Virus record (IMG/VR): IMGVR_UViG_3300030419_007002
Coordinates: 40,347-104,346 of that record
Direction: 5' to 3' (one strand)
DNA length: 64,000 nt
Origin: a virus
Shown: positions 18,517 through 28,208 of the stretch, piece after piece
Numbering within the stretch: position 1 is the first letter of the stretch
How the letters are laid out: each line of letters begins with the position of its first letter
The notes under the pieces: generated by a model
The model's database searches: none
What the model was told of the DNA's origin: nothing
The model's input: the letters and a program-made list of their open reading frames with translations, nothing else
Translations under genes and position numbers: made by a program

Positions 18517-18527
18517 TTGTGTATAAT
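18500..18527 (+). promoter_or_regulatory. Putative sigma70-type promoter of tmRNA
   Basis: TTGCCG-16 nt-TATAAT, ending 7 nt before the tmRNA 5' end. Confidence 0.55.
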
Positions 18528-18534
18528 AATATAC

Positions 18535-18948
18535 GGGAGCGTACTGGATTCGATTTAGGGTCTTACGCCAGATTGCAAGTAGAGGATGATAGTTGGCCTC
18601 TTTAATAATCTATCTAGGAAACTTCAACTGCCGATAATATTGTTGATATGGCTCCTTCGCTTGACGAAGCTGATGCGATTCTCGCTAAGTTTGGTTGGAC
18701 CGAAGAGGCCGCGATGGCAGCATAGATTGCCCCGTCCTACTCCGGATGCTCGTTAAGGAGATAGGGCGACGACAGCGAGCAAAACACTGGTTGAGTCTGG
18801 TTGAGTCTCCAGTTGCTTAAAAAAAGATAGACCAAACCTTACGTGAAGTTGTCGGTCACAGACACGTATTGCATTAGATCGACTAAGCTTGTAGTAATTT
18901 GAGCCGATGGCTTTAAAGACGCGGGTTCGATTCCCGCCGCTTCCACCA
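18535..18948 (+). ncRNA. ssrA: tmRNA (one-piece); tag ORF 18630-18725
   Basis: 5' GGGAGCGTACTGGATTCGA pairs with 3' CGCTTCC-ACCA including G3.U70; T arm GCGGGTTCGATTCCCGC; tag ADNIVDMAPSLDEADAILAKFGWTEEAAMAA* after AACT. Confidence 0.95.
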
Positions 18949-18956
18949 ATTTTAAC

Positions 18957-19376
18957 ATGAGACTGTACAATATAAAGGGGAGGCTTCAAAGCAGGAATGT
19001 CTCCAAGTATCTCATAGACTGGGATGGAAAATCTAGGTCAAAAATACAATTCTCAGTAAAACAATTCTTAAAATCATTCTGGAAGAATCAAATAGTTTAT
19101 GAAGAGTTCCCCGTATACGGGACAAGGCTCAAGGTAGATATTTTAAATGCTACAAAGAAAATAGCGATAGAAGTACAAGGTAAACAACATAGTGAATTTA
19201 ACAAATTCTTTCATAAAAACAGTGCATCTAATTACCTTAGCTCTATAAAAAGGGACGTACAGAAAAGAGAGTGGCTTGAATTAAATAATTTTAAAATACT
19301 CGAGATAGAACAAGAGGATATAAACCAACTTTCTTTAGAATATATAGAAAAAACATTTAATGTCTCTATTTTATAA
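18957..19376 (+). CDS. PD-(D/E)XK endonuclease (DUF559/Vsr-like)
   Basis: EEFPV, KVDIL, IAIEVQGKQH, RDVQK..W. Confidence 0.75.
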   Translation: MRLYNIKGRLQSRNVSKYLIDWDGKSRSKIQFSVKQFLKSFWKNQIVYEEFPVYGTRLKVDILNATKKIAIEVQGKQHSEFNKFFHKNSASNYLSSIKRDVQKREWLELNNFKILEIEQEDINQLSLEYIEKTFNVSIL

Positions 19377-19391
19377 ACAGTGTAATCCATA

Positions 19392-19691
19392 TTGGTGAAA
19401 AATAATAAATTTGTATTCCCGAAGCAAATCCTAGACCAAATAAATGAGTGCTCTAATGGAGGATTTATTCTATTTACTCTAAATGACGAAGGTTTACCAG
19501 AAGTACATAGCGACTTCGATAATCCTATTCATGCTATGGCTTTACAATATTATGTTAACAATTGGTCAAAAGCGGTTGAAATGCTGAACACTGAAGCGAC
19601 CACGTCTTCATTAGAACTTCAAGAGATGCCTCCACCAGATGAAGAAAGTGAGATTGAAGAACCAGAAGACAATGACGAAGATTGCATTTGA
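19392..19691 (+). CDS. Hypothetical protein with acidic tail
   Basis: 99 aa; TTG or GTG (19395) start. Confidence 0.6.
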   Translation: MVKNNKFVFPKQILDQINECSNGGFILFTLNDEGLPEVHSDFDNPIHAMALQYYVNNWSKAVEMLNTEATTSSLELQEMPPPDEESEIEEPEDNDEDCI

Positions 19692-19782
19692 CTTTTAGCT
19701 CACTTTATAATATCTTTCATAAGATTTTGCGACAAATTGTCCCCTCAAAAAAATGGGACTTACTGGTTGATGATATTATAAT
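19688..19782 (+). promoter_or_regulatory. Promoter region upstream of the helicase
   Basis: TTGACT-17-TATCTT at 19688-19716, and TATAAT at 19777-19782 just before the ATG at 19788. Confidence 0.5.
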
Positions 19783-19787
19783 ACGGC

Positions 19788-21287
19788 ATGAGCAACATAT
19801 ATTCCTTACAACTCGAAAAGCATGTCCTTGGAGGACTGATTAATCACCCCGACGTTTTCCCCGAAGTAGATAAATTTTTATCTGAATCAGACTTCTTTAG
19901 CGAAGTACATTATACAATTTTTTGCGTTATAAGAAAATCACTTTCAAAAAACGAGAAGGTAGATAAGGTCATCTTGGCTGACCAACTTAAGAACTGGGGG
20001 ATCAAATATAACGGAGATTTAGACATCTACGAATACATAGATGGCATAGCGTTTACTCAAATCAAGAAAAGCGCAGTTATACAAGCGGTAAAAGACCTCA
20101 AAAAGTACTCCCTCAGGAGGGACTACGAAAAAATCGGAGAAGAACTTAAGGATTCCATGCGCAAAAATGGAGAAAAAAAGTTCGAAGAGATTATAGAAAG
20201 TGCAGATAAAGTATGCAACCAATTAGTTACGAAATACACTGAGGCAGAAGAACCCACGAAGCTAACCACGGGATTAGTAGACCTCCTAGAAGACAGGGGG
20301 AATAACCCAGTCGAAGAAATAGGCCTAGCCACCCCATTCAAATGCTTAAACGAAATGTACGGAGGGTTAAGGGTGGGGCAAGCCTTCGCAATAGCAGCTA
20401 GACCAAAGCAAGGCAAAAGCACCTTCCTTAACCAAGTAGCCTTCGAGACGGCAAGGATAAATAAATGTAAAGTTCTTTTCCTAGACACAGAAATGGCAAC
20501 GGAGGAAGTAAAATTCCGAAGGTCAGCAGCTTTAACAGATATAAATCCTTGGTGGCTAGAAACAGGCAACTGGAGAAAAAATGAAGAGATGGTTAAAAAG
20601 GTTCGTTCGTGTGAGGGCTTGAAAGAGGATCATGATGTTTATCATCTTTACATTGGCAACATGAGCGTTGACAAGATTTGCTCTCTAATAAGAAGGTTTA
20701 AATATAACCACGTGGGCAGGGGCAATAATTTTTTAGTAGTTTATGATTACCTAAAAATAACCGGAGAAAAACTATCGGATTTTAACAAGGAATACCAAGC
20801 GATAGGTGATAAAATTAATATGCTTAAATCTGTATGCATGGAAACTGAAGCTTGCCTACTAACCGCTAACCAACTAAATAGAACCGGAGAGAACAGGGGG
20901 AGAAGGGGTGCCCAAGTAGTAGATGATATGTCTACGCTAGCTGGCTCAGATAGATTAGCTTGGTTCGGTGGCAATATATTCATCTTCAGAGCCAAGACGG
21001 AAGATGAAGTACACCTAGATAACAGGGGCGGCATAGATCGAGGTACTCATAAATTAATTTGCGTAGCCTCCCGTTACCAAGGCAAAAATGCAGCGGGTTT
21101 TAGGGACATGGTAACTAGGACATTAGAAGATGGCTCGCAACGAGCAGAGCCGAATTATATTAATTTTAATATAAGTAATTTTAGGGTAGAGGAGCAGGGC
21201 ACACTAGAAGACATAATCAGGAGAGAAGAGGGCATAGCAGATATATCAGACATAAGTGGAGATGACGGAGACTTTCTTTTAGAATGA
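19788..21287 (+). CDS. dnaB: Replicative DNA helicase, DnaB family
   Basis: EKHVLGGL N-terminal domain, Walker A AARPKQGKST, LDTEM, VYDYL, NQLNR. Confidence 0.92.
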   Translation: MSNIYSLQLEKHVLGGLINHPDVFPEVDKFLSESDFFSEVHYTIFCVIRKSLSKNEKVDKVILADQLKNWGIKYNGDLDIYEYIDGIAFTQIKKSAVIQAVKDLKKYSLRRDYEKIGEELKDSMRKNGEKKFEEIIESADKVCNQLVTKYTEAEEPTKLTTGLVDLLEDRGNNPVEEIGLATPFKCLNEMYGGLRVGQAFAIAARPKQGKSTFLNQVAFETARINKCKVLFLDTEMATEEVKFRRSAALTDINPWWLETGNWRKNEEMVKKVRSCEGLKEDHDVYHLYIGNMSVDKICSLIRRFKYNHVGRGNNFLVVYDYLKITGEKLSDFNKEYQAIGDKINMLKSVCMETEACLLTANQLNRTGENRGRRGAQVVDDMSTLAGSDRLAWFGGNIFIFRAKTEDEVHLDNRGGIDRGTHKLICVASRYQGKNAAGFRDMVTRTLEDGSQRAEPNYINFNISNFRVEEQGTLEDIIRREEGIADISDISGDDGDFLLE

Positions 21288-22204
21288 TGGATTACAAAAA
21301 CATCCTTGGCGAAATAGGCTATTCCAATATCGTGGATAACGGTAGAGAATTAAGAATGAAGCCTATCTATAGAGAGTCTAGCAGCAACACCGTGTTAAGT
21401 GTCCGCAAGGACAGCGGCTATTTTATAGATTTTAGTAAAAATATTAGTGGCTCATTTTACGACTTGGTTAAAATATCTTTAAAGCTAAAGTCCATAGACG
21501 AAGCAAAAACTTGGGTCTCCAAGGGGAACAGTATACCAGACGCAGAGAAGATAAAGCATCAGCCCAAGATCAAAACTCAAAGAGTTTTTTCCAAAGATCC
21601 TTTGTCTAAAATTCTACCCATCCACTCCTACTGGGTAAACAGAGGTGTCCCAGAAGACGTAGTAAAAATATTTAAAGGGGGAGAAATGAGGGAAAAGGGG
21701 AAGATGAAAGACAGATATGTTTTTCCTATTTTTAACTGGAAGGATGAGCTCATAGGTATAAGCGGCAGATATTTACTAGACCTAGAAAAGGGATCCAAGA
21801 TACCTAAATGGAAACATTATGGTGACAAAAGTAAATGGAATTACCCACTGTTCATTAACAGTAAGATTATTAGAAACAAAAAGGAAGTCATCCTAGTGGA
21901 AAGCATAGGAGATATGTTGGGATTATGGAAGGCTAACCACCATAATGTTATGGTTACTTTTGGATTAGATGTCAGCGTGTCTATGATAAATACATTCTTA
22001 AAAATGGACATGAATAAAATCATTATTGCATTTAATAACGATTCAGAAAACAACAGCGCAGGAAATGAAGCGGCAAAAAAAGCTCATAAAAAAATGCTAA
22101 AGTATTTTGACCCCCATCAATTGTCAGTAAATTTACCAGACAAAAAAGATTTTGGCGAGATGTCCATAGACGAAATTAACGCATGGGCCTCTTCAATTAA
22201 CTAA
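21284..22204 (+). CDS. DNA primase (TOPRIM)
   Basis: RYVFPI..., GISGR, KWKH, ILVESIGDML; directly after the helicase. Confidence 0.85.
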   Translation: MMDYKNILGEIGYSNIVDNGRELRMKPIYRESSSNTVLSVRKDSGYFIDFSKNISGSFYDLVKISLKLKSIDEAKTWVSKGNSIPDAEKIKHQPKIKTQRVFSKDPLSKILPIHSYWVNRGVPEDVVKIFKGGEMREKGKMKDRYVFPIFNWKDELIGISGRYLLDLEKGSKIPKWKHYGDKSKWNYPLFINSKIIRNKKEVILVESIGDMLGLWKANHHNVMVTFGLDVSVSMINTFLKMDMNKIIIAFNNDSENNSAGNEAAKKAHKKMLKYFDPHQLSVNLPDKKDFGEMSIDEINAWASSIN

Positions 22205-23223
22205 TGAATAATAAAGAAAGTATTTTATCTGCATCACGCATTAAAACGCTCGAAGCGTGTTCGTGGCTGTATTGGTGCAAATACAAGCTCAAACTGCCTG
22301 AGAAGACCAATTCCGGCGCATTAAGGGGCACTATATGCCATCTTATCCTAGAGCTTCTCCTCAAAAAAAGACATAAAAAACATTATAATTTAATAATTAA
22401 AGAAGGACATATAAAGGCTAGTAGCTCCGTAGATAAAGTAGTTAAAAAATACCTCAAGAAGCACAAGCTTTTAGACTCAAACGAAGACGAGGATCACTAC
22501 GGACTTTGTAGCGATATGATTTTAGTTGGGCTTAAAAATGATTTCTTTAGCGAGGGCGGAAAGATCTTAGACCCTGAATATGAATTCCTATTAGAGAGTG
22601 AAGACCCACCATATAAAGTGATGGGGTTTATGGATAAAACAGTTACCTATAGCAAGAAAAAAGAAATCTTAATATCCGATTATAAAACCAGCAAGAGTAA
22701 ATTTTCTGGAGAAGATTTAGATTCTAACTTACAAGGATTAATTTACAGCCTAGCTGCAAAAAAGATATGGCCTAAACTTAAATCTTCCATAAGGTTCATA
22801 TTCTTAAAATTCCCCAAAGACCCACTGCAAGAGTTATCCTTTAAAGATTCTCAGCTTAGCGGGTTAGAATATTACTTAGCTCATGTTTTTAAAATTATAA
22901 ATAATTTCTCGGAAGAAACAGCCTCTACAAATTATGCGGCAGATCAGCCTATGCCCCCTAAAGGGGGAGGCTTTAAAGGCCCACTGAACTGTGGCTTCGC
23001 CAAGAGGAAAGGTCAACTCAAAAAAGATGGCTCACTCATGTGGCATTGTCCGTTTAAATTTGATTTTGAATATCATGCTCTTGTCAACGAGCTCGGAGAA
23101 ACCATATCCTCAGCCTTCGATGAGGATAGCTTACCCACCCCCAAGGACGGCGAATCCATAGTTAAAAAGAAGTACGATGGATGCCCCAGACATAACAATA
23201 AAAATGATGATTTTGATTTTTAG
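22204..23223 (+). CDS. PD-(D/E)XK exonuclease (RecB/Cas4-like)
   Basis: LSASRIKT..C, GTICH, GFMDK, ISDYKTSK, QGLIYSLA, C-terminal cysteines. Confidence 0.85.
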   Translation: MNNKESILSASRIKTLEACSWLYWCKYKLKLPEKTNSGALRGTICHLILELLLKKRHKKHYNLIIKEGHIKASSSVDKVVKKYLKKHKLLDSNEDEDHYGLCSDMILVGLKNDFFSEGGKILDPEYEFLLESEDPPYKVMGFMDKTVTYSKKKEILISDYKTSKSKFSGEDLDSNLQGLIYSLAAKKIWPKLKSSIRFIFLKFPKDPLQELSFKDSQLSGLEYYLAHVFKIINNFSEETASTNYAADQPMPPKGGGFKGPLNCGFAKRKGQLKKDGSLMWHCPFKFDFEYHALVNELGETISSAFDEDSLPTPKDGESIVKKKYDGCPRHNNKNDDFDF

Positions 23224-23226
23224 AGC

Positions 23227-23255
23227 TTGACTTTCTTCTGCTTTTAGTTTATCAT
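23227..23255 (+). promoter_or_regulatory. Sigma70-type promoter, probably leaderless transcript
   Basis: TTGACT-17-TATCAT; ATG at 23262. Confidence 0.65.
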
Positions 23256-23261
23256 TAGTAA

Positions 23262-24017
23262 ATGAGTGTTTTACCGTTATTTAAGTCACATTATTCCTTA
23301 GGTAAAAGCATATTAACCTTAGAAAGCCCAGAGTCAGTATACCCAGAAGGCCCTGACTCCATTATAAAGATATGCAAAGACAATGAAATATCCTCTTTCT
23401 TCTTGATAGAAGATAATATGAGCAGCTTCCTTCAGGCCTATAAAAATTCCTGCCTAGAAAACATAAAGTTTAACTTTGGTTTAAGGTTAACCGTATGTAA
23501 TGACATGGAAGCAAAAAACCAAGACGAATTAACTAAATCCTGCAAGTATGTTATTATTGCAAATAATGATGAGGGGTACAGAAAGTTAATAAAAATTTAT
23601 TCTTTAGCTTCTCAGAGGGGCTTCTATTATGAGCCAAGAATAGATTTTAAAAATTTAAAATATATTTGGTCAGAAAAAGACTTGACACTGTGCGTTCCAT
23701 TTTACGATTCTTTCTTGCACAAGAACTCTTTGCATGATCATATATGTCAACCAGATTTTGATTTTACTTCTCCAGTTTTTATGGATGAAGATAATGATAA
23801 TTTTATTGATATTTTAATCAAAAATAAGATCAGAGATTTTTGTAAGGATAAATACGAAGTCCTAGATGCTAAAAGTATTTTTTATCATAAAAGAGAAGAT
23901 TTTAAAGCTTACCTGACCTTCAGGTGCATTAACCAAAGAACTACCTTGGACAAACCAAATTTTGACCATATGACCTCTAGAGAGTTTTGCTTTGAAAGCT
24001 GGAAGGAAAAAGTATAA
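23262..24017 (+). CDS. Stand-alone PHP domain of DNA polymerase III alpha
   Basis: KSHYSLGKS, IIANNDEGYRKLIKIYS.A...GFYYEPRID match the DnaE N-terminus. Confidence 0.8.
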   Translation: MSVLPLFKSHYSLGKSILTLESPESVYPEGPDSIIKICKDNEISSFFLIEDNMSSFLQAYKNSCLENIKFNFGLRLTVCNDMEAKNQDELTKSCKYVIIANNDEGYRKLIKIYSLASQRGFYYEPRIDFKNLKYIWSEKDLTLCVPFYDSFLHKNSLHDHICQPDFDFTSPVFMDEDNDNFIDILIKNKIRDFCKDKYEVLDAKSIFYHKREDFKAYLTFRCINQRTTLDKPNFDHMTSREFCFESWKEKV

Positions 24018-24655
24018 TGGACGAACACCTTTTAAGATTTGACGAAGAGAAAACCTTGGTTTTTATAGACCTAGAAACATTTAATTTATGTTTAAGCTTC
24101 GAACATAATCTTCCGTGGCAAGTAGCCATGATTAAAATAGAAGGAAAAAAGAAAGTATCCGAAAAAAACTTTTTTATTAAATGGGATACGAAACTAAAAA
24201 TCGGGAGTGAGGCAGCAAGGATAACCAACTACAACCCCAAGGTAGTAAAAGACAAAGGTCTGAAGCCGGACGAGGTGTTCCCCACTATAGAAGACTGGCT
24301 AGATAATGCGGATTATATATTAGGCCACAATATCATAGGTTTTGATATGTTTTTAATTAAAGATTTTTATAAATACATGGGTAAAGACTGGTCTCACTTA
24401 ATGGACAAAATGATAGACACCAACTGTCTAGCCAAGGGTATTAAAAACGGTATTTTTTATGATGGAAAAGAGTCTCTCTGTGAATACCAATACAGAATGT
24501 ACCACAAGAGGGTTAAAGGGGTCAAAACGAACCTAGATGCTCTGTCTAAAGATTTTGATATTAAATATGACAAAACGAAAAGGCACGATGCACTCTATGA
24601 TTTAGATCTTAACGTCAAAGTATGGGATAAATTAAAATGGCAGGTGGAAATTTGA
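24017..24655 (+). CDS. DEDDh 3'-5' exonuclease (DnaQ/epsilon-like)
   Basis: IDLET, GHNIIGFD, IDT, HDALYD. Confidence 0.88.
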   Translation: MDEHLLRFDEEKTLVFIDLETFNLCLSFEHNLPWQVAMIKIEGKKKVSEKNFFIKWDTKLKIGSEAARITNYNPKVVKDKGLKPDEVFPTIEDWLDNADYILGHNIIGFDMFLIKDFYKYMGKDWSHLMDKMIDTNCLAKGIKNGIFYDGKESLCEYQYRMYHKRVKGVKTNLDALSKDFDIKYDKTKRHDALYDLDLNVKVWDKLKWQVEI

Positions 24656-27279
24656 AAACTACATTAGAAAAAAAATCCAAAGGATACTCTTTACCCATGC
24701 ACGGGGTAAGGTTGCCTTCCTTTAGTATTGATATTGAGGATAAACGCGCTATCGGTGCGAGCGAAGATTGCTCTAATTATGATTTTCTTCGCACCCTATC
24801 CGCAAAGACTTTTAAAGAAAAGATTGCTCCGAACCTAAACAAAAAAGAAGCTCAAGAATATAAAGATCGAGCCAAATACGAACTAGAAACCCTTAAGGAT
24901 TTAGATTTTATTGACTACATCCTCTTGGTGTGGTATGTATGTAGGTACTGTGATAAAAATAAAATCGAAAAGGGGTTAGGGAGAGGTAGCGCGGCGGGTA
25001 GTTTGATCCTTTACCTAATAGGGGTCACAGGTATTGATCCAATTAAGCATGGTTTATTTTTTGAGAGGTTCGTTTCCAAGGTAAGGGCTAAAAAAGAAGT
25101 TCATGATGGTGTTGTTTATTTAGATGGCTCATTAATGGCTGATATTGATTTGGATATTTGTTATTATGACCGGCAAAAAGTTTTAGATCACCTAGAAGAA
25201 AAGTTCAAAGGTAAAACATCCAAGATACTTACGCTTAATACCCTTAGCTCTAAACTTCTTATAAAAGAATGCGGAAAAATAACAGGTCATTCATCGAAAG
25301 GCGACATTGGAATTCCATTGACCGAAGCAGAAATGAATAAAGTGTCAGCAATGATCCCGAAGATATACGGCAATGTTACTGACATTCAGGAGGCGTATTC
25401 AGAAGTACCAGAATTTAAAGAGTGGTGCGACGAACACGAGGAGGTGTACAAAATAGCACTAAAACTAAGAAATCTAATTAAGAACAAAAGCGTTCACCCA
25501 TCTGCCATAGCTCTTTCTTATTCTGATCTTGAAGACTCCTGCCCGACAGAGTTATGTTCGGACAAGGTAAGCACTGTATCTTCTTATGACATGAATTGGA
25601 TGCAGCTTTTCAATGTTAAACTAGACGTATTAGGCTTGAGATGCGTATCTGTGGTATCTAAAGTATGCGAAAGGATAGGCGTTAAGAAGGAAGATCTCAT
25701 CCCTTATGTCAATGGAGAGCATAAAGATTCTTACGATAAAATATATGCCCACCTCCAACAGTTAAGGTCTAAACATGGATTATTCCAAATAGAAGCAGAC
25801 ACAGGCTTTAAAGTATGCAAGAGCATTAAGCCAAAAAATCTAGAACAACTAAGTGCCGTGTTAGCTATCGCTCGTCCGGGGGCGCTTCAGTTCGAGCAAA
25901 CTTATGCTGATTGGGCTAATGGAGGGGAGTATCAAGCTATCCATCCATTCTTTGATGATATTTTGTCTGCGACCGGAGGCGTTGCTTTATACCAAGAGCA
26001 GTTAATGAAAATGGCACACAAAGTCGGATTCACCCTAGATGAAGCGGAGATCCTCAGGAGAATTGTGGGCAAGAAAAAGGTTTCAGAGGTTCGCAAATGG
26101 AAAAAGAAAATTAAAGACAAGGTAAAAGAAAATAATCTAGACCCCAAAATCTCTGATATTCTGTGGCAAATCCTAGAGGACTCAGCCAATTATTCTTTTA
26201 ATAAATCTCATTCGATAGCCTATGCTGCGCTATCAGCAATAACCGTTTATCTTAAGTTTAATTATCCTAAAGAATTTTTCTTAGAACTGCTTAGGATGAC
26301 CAAGCATGAACCAGACCCAACTGAAGAAATTTCATATATACAAAAAGAACTTTATTCTTTTGGTATTAAGTTGTTAAGACCTCATATTGTAAAATCTAAA
26401 GATGATTTTTTTATTGAGGATAATAATATCAGATTTGGCCTTCTGTCTATTAAGGGCATCTCAGAAAAATCTATTGATAAAATTAAAAAGTTCAGACCAG
26501 AGAAAGAATACTCAAATAAATTTGAGATTTTTCAAGCAGCAGAAGAAGCTGGCCTGAATATAGGAACTCTCTCCGCCCTCATACAAGCAGGAGCCCTAGA
26601 AGGGGGATACAATCAATCCAGAAGCAAGGTAGTATTAGAATCTCAACTGTGGAAGATCTTAACCCCGAGGGAAAAACAAAGGTGTTTAGTCTTGGCAGAA
26701 GAAAAAGATAATGATTTAATTAATATAATTAATTCGTTAAAAACCCCGAGTGGAGAAGGTGAAAAACCCTTCATTAAAGAATCCAGATACGGAACTATAA
26801 AAAGAAAATACGTACCCTATGTTCAAATATATAAGCAAAATAGTAAATACGAAAATTTTGCTAACTGGTATTATGAAAATAAATTATTAGGATACACCCA
26901 TGGACAGTCCTTAAAATCTATTTTTCAAGATGAAATACCTAATTTAATTTATGTTTCTGACCTAGAGGATGAACCAGATAACGCAAGGGTAAAATTAATG
27001 GCCTATGTTGGCAAAAAAAGTTGGACAGGCACATCTAAAAACGGTAATAATTACTATAAATGCAATATCCTAGATGAGACAGGGTCTTACCAAGCTATGA
27101 TCTTCGATACCAAAAACAGAAAACTTCTCTCTCAATGCAGGGATGCGAACGGAGCACTACCGAAAGAAGGTAATATCGTTTTCGTAGCGGGAGCAAGAAA
27201 AGATGGCGTTATTTTTGCTGATAAAATCACCATACAAGATTTAAAAATATATACCAAACTATCAGAACTCAAAGAATGA
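24637..27279 (+). CDS. dnaE: DNA polymerase III alpha catalytic core (lacks PHP domain)
   Basis: GRGSAAGS, FERF, DIDLD, KLDVLGL, RPG, YQEQLM, YSFNKSH, IRFGL..IKG, C-terminal OB fold. Confidence 0.93.
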   Translation: MAGGNLKTTLEKKSKGYSLPMHGVRLPSFSIDIEDKRAIGASEDCSNYDFLRTLSAKTFKEKIAPNLNKKEAQEYKDRAKYELETLKDLDFIDYILLVWYVCRYCDKNKIEKGLGRGSAAGSLILYLIGVTGIDPIKHGLFFERFVSKVRAKKEVHDGVVYLDGSLMADIDLDICYYDRQKVLDHLEEKFKGKTSKILTLNTLSSKLLIKECGKITGHSSKGDIGIPLTEAEMNKVSAMIPKIYGNVTDIQEAYSEVPEFKEWCDEHEEVYKIALKLRNLIKNKSVHPSAIALSYSDLEDSCPTELCSDKVSTVSSYDMNWMQLFNVKLDVLGLRCVSVVSKVCERIGVKKEDLIPYVNGEHKDSYDKIYAHLQQLRSKHGLFQIEADTGFKVCKSIKPKNLEQLSAVLAIARPGALQFEQTYADWANGGEYQAIHPFFDDILSATGGVALYQEQLMKMAHKVGFTLDEAEILRRIVGKKKVSEVRKWKKKIKDKVKENNLDPKISDILWQILEDSANYSFNKSHSIAYAALSAITVYLKFNYPKEFFLELLRMTKHEPDPTEEISYIQKELYSFGIKLLRPHIVKSKDDFFIEDNNIRFGLLSIKGISEKSIDKIKKFRPEKEYSNKFEIFQAAEEAGLNIGTLSALIQAGALEGGYNQSRSKVVLESQLWKILTPREKQRCLVLAEEKDNDLINIINSLKTPSGEGEKPFIKESRYGTIKRKYVPYVQIYKQNSKYENFANWYYENKLLGYTHGQSLKSIFQDEIPNLIYVSDLEDEPDNARVKLMAYVGKKSWTGTSKNGNNYYKCNILDETGSYQAMIFDTKNRKLLSQCRDANGALPKEGNIVFVAGARKDGVIFADKITIQDLKIYTKLSELKE

Positions 27280-28187
27280 AAATATTAGTTACAGGAGGCG
27301 CTGGCTTCATAGGCAGTCATTTAGTAGACCGCTTACACTTGTCGGGTCACGACGTCGTTGTCGTCGATAATGAATCTGCAGAATCGAATGAAAGATTCTA
27401 CTGGAAAAAGCGTGGCGTTAAAAATCTAATGGAGAGCATAGAGCATCAAGACTCTATGGAGTTTATCTTTAGGCAAGAAAAACCAGATGCCGTTTGCCAT
27501 TTAGCCGCAGAGTCGAGAATCCAAAAAAGCCTAAAAGAACCCTCCAAAGTTTGTTCTGTAAACTACGTAGGAACTGCTAATTTATTAGAGGCTTGCAGGA
27601 ACCATGGCGTTAAACGATTCATTTTTTCATCCACATCTTCGATATACGGAATAAGAAATAAGATTCCGCTTAGAGAAGATATGCCAGCAGATTGCCTAAC
27701 CCCTTATTCCATAAGTAAATTAGCTTCTGAAAGTTTATGTAATTTTTTTTACGAGAACTATGGGATAGAAACCATCTCCTTAAGATACTTTAATGTTTAC
27801 GGAGACAGACAACCGCTCAAAGGAATTTATGCTCCAGTTATAGGACTTTTCTTAAAGCAAGCCAAAGAAGGAAAGCCAATGACTATAGTCGGAGACGGAG
27901 AGCAGACAAGGGATTTTACCCGTGTAGAAGACATAGTGGAAGCGAACGTATTAGCGCTAACGACCGAGAACGATAAGACATTTGGTGAAGTTTTTAATAT
28001 AGGAACAGGCAAGGCCTACAAGGTCAATGAAATTGCCGAAATCATTGGTGGCGAGGTAGAGCATATTGCACCCAGACTAGGGGAGGCGCGACACACCCTT
28101 GCGGACACATCCAAGGCTAAAGAAATGCTGGGCTGGAGTGCTTCCAAAAATCTTGAAGATTATTTAAAAAATGAGTTGACTTTTTAA
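27276..28187 (+). CDS. NAD-dependent nucleotide-sugar epimerase/dehydratase (extended SDR)
   Basis: TGGAGFIGSH, SSTSSIYG, YSISK, RYFNVYG, GDGEQTRDF. Confidence 0.92.
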   Translation: MKILVTGGAGFIGSHLVDRLHLSGHDVVVVDNESAESNERFYWKKRGVKNLMESIEHQDSMEFIFRQEKPDAVCHLAAESRIQKSLKEPSKVCSVNYVGTANLLEACRNHGVKRFIFSSTSSIYGIRNKIPLREDMPADCLTPYSISKLASESLCNFFYENYGIETISLRYFNVYGDRQPLKGIYAPVIGLFLKQAKEGKPMTIVGDGEQTRDFTRVEDIVEANVLALTTENDKTFGEVFNIGTGKAYKVNEIAEIIGGEVEHIAPRLGEARHTLADTSKAKEMLGWSASKNLEDYLKNELTF

Positions 28188-28203
28188 CAAAGTTTGTTAA
28201 TAT
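28176..28203 (+). promoter_or_regulatory. Sigma70-type promoter containing an 8-bp inverted repeat
   Basis: TTGACT-16-TAATAT; TTAACAAA-G-TTTGTTAA at 28184-28200; ATG at 28209. Confidence 0.6.
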
Positions 28204-28208
28204 TAATT

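Noticed and set aside
18753-18989. 78 aa minus-strand ORF
   Set aside because: It is the antisense of the tmRNA 3' half; GGSGGNRTRV is the typical reverse translation of a T arm
22204-23223. Cas4-like nuclease as a sign of CRISPR-Cas
   Set aside because: No repeat-spacer array or other cas gene seen; it sits between primase and polymerase like a phage replication exonuclease
23262-27279. Split intein in DnaE
   Set aside because: No intein N-terminal or His-Asn/Cys C-terminal motifs at the gene ends; the break is at the PHP boundary
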